From Trichodelitschia bisporula (taxonomy: Eukaryota), in contig ML996694.1 in NCBI GenBank assembly GCA_010356995.1, forward strand, positions 1,053,224-1,117,223: DNA of 64,000 nt, in the 5' to 3' direction. The position numbers and the translations under genes are program-made. This document shows positions 11,525-23,768 of this stretch, one piece after another. The first letter of the stretch is position 1. Every line of letters begins with the position of its first letter. The notes beneath the pieces were generated by a model that ran no database searches, was not told the origin of the DNA, and was given only the letters and a program-made list of their open reading frames with translations.

Positions 11525-12829
11525 TGCCGATGGTGAGAGCGTTAGCAAGAAAATGGGTTCATCGGGGGAGAGGTGCTTTCCACACAGCAGAGCGTGCGGT
11601 ATATATGTGTCAATACTCTCTAGGCCCTCTCCGTTATCTGTCCGGAACGGTGGCAGATGGTACCTGCTTCCACGGTTCGGAATGGCCATGAAGACCCACT
11701 GGTTGACGGCAGTTGCTTCAACTGCAAGCAGACGAGCTTTAGGTCCGGGCAACCGCCTTCCCCGCTCCTGAATTCGCAGACAGCCCCATCATTCACGGGA
11801 TCCTCCGTTGAGCCAGAAGGAGCTGCGCGCGCCCAACAATCCTGCCTTGTGGTAGGTGGAAGGAGGTCCCGCTGAGTGCTTATGTACATCTGTCAGAAGG
11901 CAGGCCCGGCCCCTCCTTCTCGTATGATGTGAGGTAATGACGTGTGAGCAGCTATCACTTGCCGTCTCGCGCCAGGTGCGGGTGCACTCCATCAGATCGC
12001 CGTTATCGGCGGTGGTTAGGAAGATACGATTCTGGGGTAAACGATGTGCCGAGACCGAAGGCCCCCCACCCTCCTACTCCGAGGAAACGATCATGTTCCT
12101 CAATCTATCCCATCCATCCCAACTTCCCTCTTATGCATCATAGGTTGTTCAAATCACACATCGACTCCCATCCTTTGCATTCGAGGATGAAGCTCCGATG
12201 AATCTCCCGGTCATGCAGGCCAGCAACCCGCGTGGCTAAATTCTTCTCTATGCCAGAGCCAAAGTGCCCAGAAATATCAATGAATGGCTCACCGTTGCCC
12301 CCTGAGTGCTTCAGCAAGCACCTATGCTCTGGACTCCATCTAGACAGGCAGAGGTCAGTTGTTTTCCACTCCCCTTCCGGCCTGTCATGAGAGAAAGTTG
12401 TAGATGCAAGGGCTTCGGCTAATAATCTTAGCAGCAGAAAAGCGCGGGACGCTTTTCGAAGTTCATAATGAAGAGATTCCATAATGACATCGTCCAATGT
12501 TCAACCGGCTATCTGTGACGGGCGTCGATTCACTGAAAGGCGAACGCATGTCGTCAGCCTAAGCCCAGCCCTAACACGCCCTAACACGAAGTCACGGGAA
12601 CACTGCCCTTGATCGCACTTTCATTCCTTGTTTGCCACAATGAAGCCGGAGAGGAAGCCGTCAATCGCATTGCGAGAAGCATTTGCCCCGCGCCGGCAAA
12701 ATGACGCCGCCTGCCTGTCATATCTGACTCACAAACTCTTGCAAGTGGCCCTGCGCTCCCACATCGTCTCGCCATCTCCACGCCGCTTATTTTCCATGCG
12801 ACTATGCGCACCAAGCGCCCCGCAGCGCA

Positions 12830-14973
12830 ATGCCCCCCAGCACCCCCTCCCCCTCCCCTTCGACACCACAGCGCTCCTCCATACCATCCACGCCATCGAC
12901 GCTTGTTAGCCCACGCTACCCCGCACCAGACCTCTCCTCCCTCCCGACAGTCTTCATCCTCGCGGCGAAGCTCGCCAGCGACAGACGCGATGCGCTCGCG
13001 AAGTGGCTAGTGGAGCACCGCGCGCCGGTGACGTATGATGTCCACAAGGCACGCATTGTGCTGGCTAATGTAGAGAGATTTGCCCGGGCGAGGTTGGAGC
13101 TTAGGGGATTGGGATTGTGGACAGAGAAGGCTGAGGCTGAGGGGGAGGTTAGTGGCGTAGTCAAGAGTGTGGGCGGTGTCAAGGAGGAGAGAGGGACGTC
13201 GCCGCGGAAGAGGATGCGGGTAGGTGAGGGGGCTGTTCGATCCGGTAAAGCTGGGAGAGAGGGTAAGAGGCGGAGAGTAAATGAAGACCTAGAGAACGAC
13301 CTTGAAGGTGACTATCGCACACCGTACCGATGTTAGGCTCCTATGGCTAACTGCTATTAGCAGCATCACCACGGCCCCCGGCAAGCACAGTTACAGCCGG
13401 CAGCGACGGCGAGACAACCGCGTCAGACAACTCCATATCGCCGAAACCACCACCGAACATCAAAGTCATCAAACTCCACTGGCTCAACCAAGTAATGGCA
13501 ACCAGCGCCCTCCTCCCCTACACCCCCTACCTCATCTACGAAGCGCGCCCCGTCTCCCGCCCCTCCACCCCCACCCCCGCCATCCCCTCCACCACGCCCT
13601 CAACCCCAATACCCTCCTCCCCCGCCCCCCAACCAGGCCTCGCCATCCTCCAGCGCGCCCGCGAAGACGCCCTCCCAGTAAAAACCAGCACCTTCGCCCC
13701 GCACGGCTCCCGCCGCTTCCACACCTTCCATCCCACCAAACACACGCCCAAGCTCCCCGCCCGCGTCACAACCGAGTACGAAGGCGAAGACACGGACATC
13801 CCGCCCGCGCCCGCCTGGGTGCGCGACAAACTGCTCTTCTCCTGCCAGCGCCGCACGCCGCCCAACCCGCCCAACGCCGAATTCATCGCCCAACTCGGGA
13901 AGATAAAACACGCGCGGCTGCTGACGGACGACGAGATCGGCGTCCGCGCGTACAGCACTTGCATCGCTGCGATAGCGGCGTACGAGTATCCCCTCCGGCA
14001 CCCGGCTGAGATACTCCGGCTACCGGGCTGCGATACTAAGATTGCGAATTTGTGGATTGAGTGGCGGAATACGGGGCGTGTGGCTGAGGCTGATGCTGCG
14101 GACTCGGACCCGGATTTGCAGATCGTGAATACGTTTTATAATATTTGGGGCGTGGGCGCGACGACGGCGCGGGACTTTTTCTACCGTCGCGGCTGGCGGG
14201 ACCTTGATGATATTGTTGAGGAGGGATGGAGCTCTCTACCCCGTGTTCAGCAGATTGGCCTCAAGTACTACGACGAGTTTTTGGACGGGATTCCAAGGGC
14301 TGAAGTCGAGGCCATTGCGGAGACGATCCGTGCGGCGGCGGTCCGGGTGCGCGATCCTGGGATTGAGATTTTGGTGGTCGGGGGGTATAGGCGGGGGAAG
14401 GAGTACAGTGGTGATGTCGATGTCATTGTGAGCCATCGCGAGTTAGCGATGACGCATAACTTAGTCGTGGATGTGGTCGGTGCGCTCGAGGACGAGGGCT
14501 GGGTCACGCACACGTTATTGTTGAGTCTGGCGGCCAGCGAGCGCGGCCAGGCGACACTCCCGTTCAAGGCTAGGGTTCCGGGGGGTCGGCGCACGGGATT
14601 CGACACGCTGGACAAAGCGCTGCTAGTATGGCAAGATTCGGTATGGGAGGGGATGGAGGAAGGGGGTAAGAAGGCGAAGAATCCGAATCCGCATCGCAGG
14701 GTTGATATTATTGTTTCCCCGTGGCGGACGGTGGGGTGTGCGGTCTTGGGCTGGAGTGGGGGGACGACTTTTCAGCGTGATATACGTAGGTATGCGAATA
14801 AGGTTAGGGGGTGGAAGTTTGATAGTAGTGGGATTAGGGATCGGAGGACGGGGGAGGTGGTTGCGTTGGAGGGGGAGAGGGGGGTGAGGGGGGGGATTGG
14901 GGACGCGGAGAGGGCTGTTTTTGAGGGGTTGGGGTTGTTTTATCGGGAGCCTTGGGAGCGGTGTACTGGTTAG
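12830..14973 (+). CDS. POL4: DNA polymerase X family (Pol4/Pol mu-like) with N-terminal BRCT-like region; exons 12830-13307 and 13361-14973
   Basis: HhH motifs LPGCDTKIA and IWGVGATTA; catalytic GGYRRGKEYSGDVDV and RRVDII; GWSG; C-terminal LGLFYREPWERCTG. The intron restores IKVIKLHWL. Confidence 0.9.
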
Positions 14974-15255
14974 GGGGTTTGGAGGGGGTTTGGAAGGTGG
15001 GTTAGATGATGGGATGATGGATGATGAGAGATACCCTTTGATGACGGTGTACGGACTGATGGTGGGGTTGGAATGAGGATTTGGATGATGGACGGCGGTG
15101 ATGACTCTGTGTACTTTTTGAATGATGCTATGTAGTTTCTATGGTATCATATCCGCCAAATCAGCCTTTCCTCGGACTGATATACCCGTGCCTGACGCCC
15201 ACAAATGCACACCAGCGCGCTATGGACACTCCCGCCACACCCACAACGTGACCCT

Positions 15256-17154
15256 CTACTTCCTCTTCCCAAGCAAAACTAACAGCGCAACATTCATAAC
15301 AACAATAACCCCCCAAATAACAACCGCAACCGCACTCGTCACCCAATGATTCCGCAGCACAACCACGCGGCCCCCATCCACCCCCTGCGTCCCACTCCCA
15401 TCCCCTCCATCATCCACATCACTAGTCCAAACCCTCATCACGCTCGCCCGGCACGTAAACCAAATCAAAGGCGCTGACACAAAGGGTAGTACGACGGACA
15501 GCGCAACCTGACTCGCTTCCAGCGCCGTGCCGAGCCCCTCCCGTCCCACCGCCCCCGCGATGATGATCGAGGGCGTTATGGATATGGAGCGGGTTATGAG
15601 GCGCCGGACCCACGGCTTTACGGTCCAGCGCAATTGTCCCTCTGAGACCATTTGGCCGGCGATGGTGCACACTATGCCCGCTGACGTACCACTCAGCAAC
15701 AGCGCTAAAGCGAACATAGTCCCGGCCACCGGAGCCAGTGTCCGTGCCAGGAGATCGTGTATGGTGAATAGGTCCGCGGCTTCTATTTCTTCGGCGGGGA
15801 GATGCGAGAGGGAACTGCCGGCGACGATGAGGATTGCGGAGTTGACGAAGAGGGCGAAGGTTATGAGCGATATTGCGAGTTCGAGGGTGGAGTATGTTAG
15901 GCAGGCGTTTATGGCTGCCAGGCTGGGGCGGTATTTTTCGCTCAGGACGGAAGTGAGGGATGCGGAGGAGGGGAGAAGCGAGGTTGGGTCTATGGGTTCG
16001 GTGGGGGGGGTTGTGGGGGGTGTGCCGGAGGTGTTATGCCTGTCGTCGAAGTCGCGGAGGCGGGATTGGACTATCCCGCTGCCTAGGTAGAGGCTGTGCG
16101 GCATGACGGTAGCGCCGAGGATGCCGCAGGACTGGTAGAGCCCTTTACTCGTCACCAGCGCCTTGCTGGGCAAATACCCTTGGAATACTTCCGCGACGGA
16201 TGTATCCCGGATCATGCTGAGCTCGAAGCAAAAGCTGACGACCACGCCGAGGACGAGCAACATAACGCACATTTCGAAGATGCGTAAAGCGCGCATGGAC
16301 ATGCCGGATGGGTTGTAGAAGATGAGGATTATGAGGACGTCGAGGATAGAGATTGCGCACCCCGCCACGAGGGGGACTTTGAGGAGGAGGTTTAGGGCGA
16401 TGGCGGTGCCGATGACCTTTGCTCGTTAGTACTCAGGAAGGGAGGGGAGGGGCTGGGAAGCGTACTTCGGCAATATCCGTCGCGATAATAGCCGCTTCAG
16501 CAAACGCATACAGCACGTAATTGAGCCACGGCGGAAGGTGCGCCTTACAATTCTCAGCCAAATTCATACCCGTCACGGTGCCGAGCTTGACGCATAGCGT
16601 CTGCAGGAACACGGCGAAGATATTCGAGAGCAGAATCATAAACAGGAGGCGGAAGCGGAACGTGGCACCGGCTGCGACGTCCGTGGCATAGTTACCTGTA
16701 TCGCGTTAGTATCACTCGGCTGATATCCGAAAGATGGAGACTCACCGGGATCGATATACGCCACGCTGACCATGAACCCCGGCCCCACAAACTTGAAGTA
16801 CTTGACGACGGCCTTCCGCGTCTTCATCCACATCCCCACAACTCCCCCGGGGGGAGACCCATCTCCACCCCCAACCCCACCTCCCCCCTCCCCGACGGTC
16901 CGCACCGCGGCAACCGCCCCCCCTTTCTCCCCCACCAGCACCTCCCCATCCGGAATCTTCTCATCCCTCCACACCCCTGCACCGTCATTCCCATCTCCCA
17001 GCAACGCTCGTGCCGACCTCCCCATCCCCTCCCCAGCATCCGCATTCGCCCGTCCATTAAGCGTATTCCTCGTCGTAATCTCGGGCGCCAACTCGGGGGG
17101 ATTCTGATTATGTCCCTCATCGGGGAGGGGGTCCGTTCTCACAGGGCAATTCAT
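15256..17154 (-). CDS. SMF1: NRAMP-family manganese transporter, 3 exons
   Basis: FVGPGFMVSVAYIDPG|NY, AIIATDIAEV, GATVMPHSLYLGS, TIAGQMVSEG; likely start MNCPVRTD at 17154. Confidence 0.93.
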
Positions 17155-19310
17155 CGTGAAGTCGTTGGGTAGCGTTGCGTAGCCGTTGTGCAGCAACACA
17201 CTTAGGGTATATCGAGTCGTAAAAAAAAGAGTATCTCAGGAAAAACTGAAAAAAAAGCTTCAATGGCGCCGGGAAAAACTGTGGTCGTATATCCCCACGA
17301 AGCGGTGACGTCGAACTCGCGCGCGTGCCCCTTGCGGCCCGTCCTCTTAAGGCTGGGCGCTTCGCCGGCCTAGACCCCAAGCACTGCACCTTGGATAAAA
17401 ATTCAACTCCGCGGACGAATGGGCTTGCATGGAAACCAGCGTATTTCAGCCTTGGCCCAGCAACACAAACCGCTTGGCGAGAACGTGGAGAGGAGCGGGA
17501 GAAAGAAAGCGGGGGATCGACGCTCCGCGAGAACAGCGATCCGATCGAAGAGTGAGAATTCGTGTGTTGTGGAGAATGGGGACTTGATGTCTCGGCGGGT
17601 GCTTGCGGGCTATATATCCCCTTCGAGGAACGTCTTGACGTCGTTTGTAATTTCTGCACCGGAAGCGCGACCCGGCCTCAGGCGAAAGGTGCGCGAGCGA
17701 GGCAGGTGCTGACGATGAGGCGGGAGATGTCGGGCGGAGGCGGGAAGGGCGGTTGCGGGGACGGGAATGCCTGCTTTGCCTCGCTTTACGGATACCGTGC
17801 TGCTTGATACAAGATTTGTACCTGGTCTTTTTCTCCGGGGTAAAGCTCTTCTCTACAAAGGCAAAGAGCTGCAAGGCAACGCGCGACCAGCCGGCCGCCT
17901 ATATTCACGCACCCGATCCCTCGTGAAACCCACGGGAACAGGACAGCGCACCTAACCAAAGCGGCGCGGAGGGTGCGCCGCCAGATACTCACCTGTAAAA
18001 TTCCAGAATAGTCGCCCCGTCTTACCTAAGACCAAGCCCATGATCTTGCATTCTCACACCTCACCTCAGCCAGGCGTCCAGAACCCAAACATCTTCAACC
18101 CCGCATCCACGCCAAACCCATGTCTTTGTCTGCCCCGTTCGACCTTCGCCGTAAACAAAGGCAGCGGTGTACGACCACCGCAGGCTTATGTCAAAATATT
18201 CAGAGCAAACGGTAGCGGCCCGTGGCGTTCAACGGCTCGGCGCTATGCCGAGGCTCAAATCGCGATGAGCCAATGGAGCAAGGATCGCATCGGGCTTGTC
18301 AGGAACCGTCAACGATACCGGCCTGCAGGGCGGGATCAGGGCCATGCAGCTGGGCTAATGGAAGCGTGGGCTTGAAACGTGCGATGGCTACGGTGTGAAG
18401 TGAAGAGTTGAAAAAAGACGAAGAAGAGGAGACAGTCGGAGACTCTTGAGACTTTTGATAGCCGAGTATCTTCCTATGCTCCTTCCCTCCACTATGTGCA
18501 AATTACATCATGTTCCTTCTCTCATACAAGTGCATGATGGGCTTCGAGAGTCACGGGAGGGTGCGAGGGCGATGTGAAGGGACGTCGATGGAGTAAGGCA
18601 TGCAATTTCTTACTGTCGCGGCTTGATCCCTTGATTCCTCTATCAATCATCATCAATCAGCATTCTACTACGGCGGAGGAGAATGACGCCCACCGCCTCA
18701 CGTCATCCATTGCGCAGGTAGGTAAACACTGATCTGCATTCCCGTTCAACCACCTCAAGTCGAACAAATCCCCTAAGCCGACGAAGCTACGTAAAAGCCC
18801 GTAGAAGACAAAGACACAAAACGCCCATTGCCCGCCAGAACTACCCCCGTGCCCACCCAACAAGCAATAAAGCGGCCAAAAACACAACAGTCACCCCAAC
18901 ATCCCTATACAAGAAAGGAAATGGCAAGAAGAAATCTCACACTCCATAAACTCCATGTGCTCAAAGTATTTCCCCCGCCCACTGCAAAATATGGTGAGCT
19001 ATGCCCGAATGAACAACTGTATCCACCGAACATGACCCAAATAACCGAACAATCGTCTCCAAACCCCAGCCCGCGTGCTGACTTGAGATGGAACACATGA
19101 ACAAGCAGAAAAAACAGGCCTATGATTCGACCTACAACGCCCATATCTCGTGACCCGATCCCATCCCTAAGCAGAAGCAGTACCCAGATGACGCGGGGCG
19201 TACGCATGCCGAACGCCGTCCGTTGCAGAATATAGCTCTTTCACCCATGCAGAATCGATACCCGAACTCCAGCCCATGATGACTTGTCGAACCCAGTCCG
19301 TTGGAAACTA

Positions 19311-22300
19311 CTACTGAACAAACAACTCAATCTCGCCGATCTGCCCCCCCACCCCTGAGTGCTGCTCTTTCCAGTTCTCAAACGCCATCTGCACATCCTC
19401 ATCCGACTGGATATTGACGTAGTCTTCCTCATCCAGGTACTTGAGCTTGACGTGCCCCGAGCTCAGCGACATGTTCGTGGAGCGCTGCAGCTTGGCATCA
19501 ATCCGGTCCTTCAGCAACTGGTACGAGATGTTCGTGGGAATAACCAGTGTCATGGAACTACCAGCGGCCGGACAGTGTACCTTGACCTTCAGCTGAGTCG
19601 GTATACCCAGGTCCGGGTCAGAGACCATAGGCGTCATGTTGGGCGGCGCCAGACCACGCGGATCATACGGATTCGGTGTCATCAACCGGGCATCCAGAGA
19701 GCTGGCAGGCGTCACGGCGCGCATTTCAGGACGGTCGGTAACAGCCCGTGGCATTGGCGGCATATGAGCAGCAGGTCCTCCAGCAGAGTACTCTTGGTGA
19801 AGCTGAGAAGACATGCCGCGTGATCCCAGACGCTCGCGTTGAAGCTGGACGCCCGGCGACTGTGTAGCGGACCGCACGGGGGCATTCGGGGGTGGTCCCA
19901 TGAGCTGAGACGGCGAGTTGTTGGCCGCACGGTTCAGTATAGCAGGGCTATATGCGTAGTGCGTAGGGAACGGCGGGAGATCTGGGACACCGGGCTGTGA
20001 AGGATCCGCAATGCGACGGGCCGCTCCAGGGTTCTGAATATCGGGGCTACTGGCCGAGCGGAGCCGGTTCTGAGCCAGGCTGCTTTGTGATGGATTGGGT
20101 GGCAACGACGGGCGCTGCATGGCATTGCGGCCGGCTGCCGGGTACCCATTCAAAGGGCCATCGCGGGAACCTTGCCGAGGCATAGCAGGTGCGGTGTAAC
20201 GGTTTTGGTCGTCAGTGTTCCATCCGTTGGGCATAGGAGGAACAGGCTGGCGGGGAAATGGAAACATGCCGTTACTTAACTGCCCACTACTCCGGGTGGA
20301 GAGCGGCGATTCGGCGGTTGGCGAAAAGTATGAGTCCATGATCTGCTCGTTTGGCCCAATCGCGGCAACTTGCTGGTAAGATCCCGGCGTCTGCGTCCGG
20401 ACCGCCAGAACGGGCGCCTGGGCACCCATAGGGAACTGCCGGGGCGGAACTCGGTTTGCACCCATGGGGCCGAGACTCTCGTTCGTCGCAGAGCGTGACC
20501 GCATCTGTAGGCTGTTTGTCGAGCTATTCCAACCGCTGCCGTACTCGCCGGATTGTGTGGCAGAGTAGTCGTGCGAGAGAAGAGCGTTGGTATCGGCGTC
20601 ATCTTCGTCATCATCCTGTTCAGCGTACGGGTTCGGCATGTGCGGTTGGTCTTTCATCCATGGGAAGTCAATCGCCGAACCCTGTTTAGCGTTGCTGATG
20701 CGAGCCTGCTCCCGGAAATCGCGGCGCTGCGCGTCAACCTGTCGCGCCCATTTCTTCATGGTCTCCTCAGATGTGAACCTGATAGTGAAGGATTCGATGC
20801 TGGGATCACCCTTCCAGTAGATCTGGCAGGTATATGATGTTCCTAGGACCCAGTTAAGACCCGAACCATTGGGACTGGGAGATGTCCTACCTGGCTTCGA
20901 CTGCATGACCACATCCGTGACGTTTTGCATAAAAATGCGCCCCTTCAGCTGCAGCCTCGTAGGCCCCCTCTTGTCCTTGCCAGCTGCCTTGGCCTTCTGT
21001 TTGGCGGGATTCAGCTCCTTGCAGCAGAGCAAGATCATCTGGAAAAGATATATCCTGTACTCGCGCTCGGGGTCCTTTGAGCTTCCAGTCTCGCCTTTGA
21101 TCACAGAGAAGGTACCGTAGAGGAGGAGGTTGCCAAAACTGTCGAGCTTATGGCCCTTCCAGTCCTCGACGCGATCGCGGAGCTCTGCGACAGCAAGGAC
21201 ACGCTCTTCTTCATCAACAGCTTCATTTGTCCGCTGGAGCACGGCAGAAGCAGCCTCAATGCCTGCATCAATTCGCATTTTGAGTTCCTCGCTCAAATTA
21301 CCTTTATCGCGAAGTTCCTTAGATCCTATTAGTCACAGAGCTTTGCCCTTGGTAGGAAACATACCTTGAGTAGGAGGGGGTATTTAGAGAGGCGTTGAAA
21401 TGGTTTGAGGAGAAATGAGGAGAAAACCGAAGGCGACTCCACCATCTGCCGTAGCTCTTCCTCACCCTCCATTTTCTTCAGGACCTCGAAGTGAGCAAGT
21501 GCGATCTCCTCGCACTTCTTCGTGTTTGCAATGTATGACTCGTATACGAAGAAGGCGTCTTTATACAGAACAAACAGACCACCCCAGTCCTGCTGATCTT
21601 CTGGCATGGCATTTATCTGCTCCACCCGGATCAGGAAACGGCGCTGAAAATCTAGGAGTGTGTTAAGGTTCAGGAATATGCTGTGAATAACATCGCCGCC
21701 GACAAGTCCCTTCTCTTCCGCCTTGTTCCTGAACCGCTGGAGCATCTCAAGATGCTGGACATATGTCCGCTCGGTCTTGACAATCTCGTCGACAATGTGC
21801 TGGCGTTGAGTGCGCTTCCCTTGGACAACAGGTTCGGCAACTTCTGCATCGCCGAGCGTGGGGTCCAGACGGCCCTCTTGAACCAAAATGTCAAGAATTC
21901 GGTTGATGACAGTGATAACCTGTGTACAAAGTCAGTAGGTGGCGAGCTCCGCTAGCGCAATGTCGAGGGTTTACCTTGACGATGCCTGTGGTGTCATTGC
22001 CGTAGAGATCAGTAACAAAGAAGCATTCGTCCGACGACAGCTGGAGTTCGCGCAGGCAGGTGTTCATAAACTGCATAACCGCCTGCTGCTCACGTTTGCC
22101 TTCTTTCCGCTTCATGTCGAGCTCCAGCCGAGGCGGCCGTTCAAGCGCGTTCCAAATGAGGAGAAGAGGGTATCCTTGTCGAAAGGTTCGCCACAGAAGC
22201 GTGACGGGATCGGTGTCGCCTTCCGCGGCCACTTCAACCGTCTGGAGCGCCTGCTCGAAGCCAGGGACTCCGCGCAGGCGCCGCCGCAGATGCACACATT

Positions 22301-22622
22301 TCTGGTAGAGGGATGACTCTTTGTCGGCGCGCTTGTTCAAGACATTATTACTCTGTACCGGCGCACCGTTAGCGGGTGTTTGCGAAGGCGAGGGCACACT
22401 CGGTGTCGGGAGTGGCGGTGGAGGGGAGAAGAGGGTCGATGACGATGTGAGCTGCGTCGTGTTGGAGGAGCGAATCGAGGATGATTGAGAGTATGACGAA
22501 AAGTGCGCAGTAGAGGAGCCCTGAGGGTTCCCCATCAGTGATACTGAGCCGTTGGCCGGATGAACTCGACCAGGCATGTCGTTCGCGGTACGAACAAGAT
22601 GGCTGGATGAAATTACCTCCAT
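19311..22622 (-). CDS. CDC24: Cdc42 guanine-nucleotide exchange factor (CH-DH-PH-PB1); introns 21974-21920, 21364-21326, 20890-20843
   Basis: DPVTLLWRTFRQGYPL (CDC24 domain), EIVKTERTYV and KPFQRLSKYPLLL (DH), LKGRIFM (PH), KLKYLDEEDYVNIQSDEDV (PB1). The start codon is uncertain. Confidence 0.95.
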
Positions 22623-23768
22623 CGTCGTCGCTGCGAGGGGTGCGCAGAGGAGCGTTCCCGCTCAGGAGTCGTAGTGGTTGTGGGGATATTCGAGGAGGGG
22701 GGTGTGGGGGGTAGATGACCAGTGTGTGGTGGTGAGTTGGTGTTGTTGAGCTTTCGAGGTTGTCGAGGGGTATGCGCACACAAAGCCGTTTGCGTGGGCT
22801 GCAGAGTAGTAGGCGCCGTTGCCTGTGAATGCGTGGTGGGGTTCGTCGCAACTCGCAATCGGGGGCGCGAGCAATAGGCAATAGGGGGGTGCGGTGGATG
22901 GGATGGGTTGTCGTTTCAGTGGTGGTTGGCGTTACTCGTTAGGTTGCGTGTGGAGGGTTGGTCCGTGGACTCGCAGGCGGAAGAGGAGTGCTGGGACGGG
23001 TGCCAAGCCATTACTAACCATTTTTGGCGCCTAGTTGAAACACAAAGCCCGCCAGGCGCCGAGGCGCTCTATCATTAATGCCTTATTTTGGCCTGATCTG
23101 TAACCATTATTGGGGAATATCAGCCTTGAAGCCTGAGTGGATAACATTTGCCTCATCGCCTTGCGGGTTTGTGAACGGTAGAATAGCACGGACCACTCTC
23201 ATTTGTCCCGATCGCCGACAGTTTTTGCCTAAAGTGCCTTACATGCCTTATTTTCCCTTTGATTATGTTTTGGCTTTGATGCCTTTTGGCTGATCGTTGA
23301 TCGATCAGGACCCGCAAGTGCAAGAGGATTTGCTGCAAGCGCCGAGATATGATGCGTTGAGACATAGAAATAAATATAAACAGTCGTCCAGACAATCCAG
23401 TATGATGATGCGTTCGTATAGGTGAATAGGATATACTGTGGTAGATGTGCGCTGTTGTTGACGTTGAACCTGCGAAAGCCTGACTTCACCATTGGTGACA
23501 AGGATGCCGCACAGGTGCCGCGAGCGTTCCCCCTCTTCCCTGTGAGTGAACACTGTCTGAGGGCGGTCAGGCCTGCTCCCTTGCTAGGCATCATCCTCCC
23601 TCCTCCCGTGCAAGACGCTCGACACCATCCGCACTACTGTACCGTGCGCCCCATCTCTTAGGTCACGCCTGACAATATTCAACCTCTGACCTCAAAGACG
23701 GGAAACAACATAGCCTCCGTCTGTTCAACGGCTATTCATTCGCAATCTCTCACTACAACTCCGTCACC

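Noticed and set aside
17700..18450. Donor-like GTGAGT/GTAAGA and a CT-rich stretch on the minus strand upstream of SMF1
   Set aside because: No coherent exon chain or recognisable protein could be assembled.
23402..23483. C-box ATGATGA ... D-box CTGA pair suggesting a C/D snoRNA (similar pair at ~40310-40404)
   Set aside because: No terminal stem and no convincing antisense guide to rRNA that I could identify.
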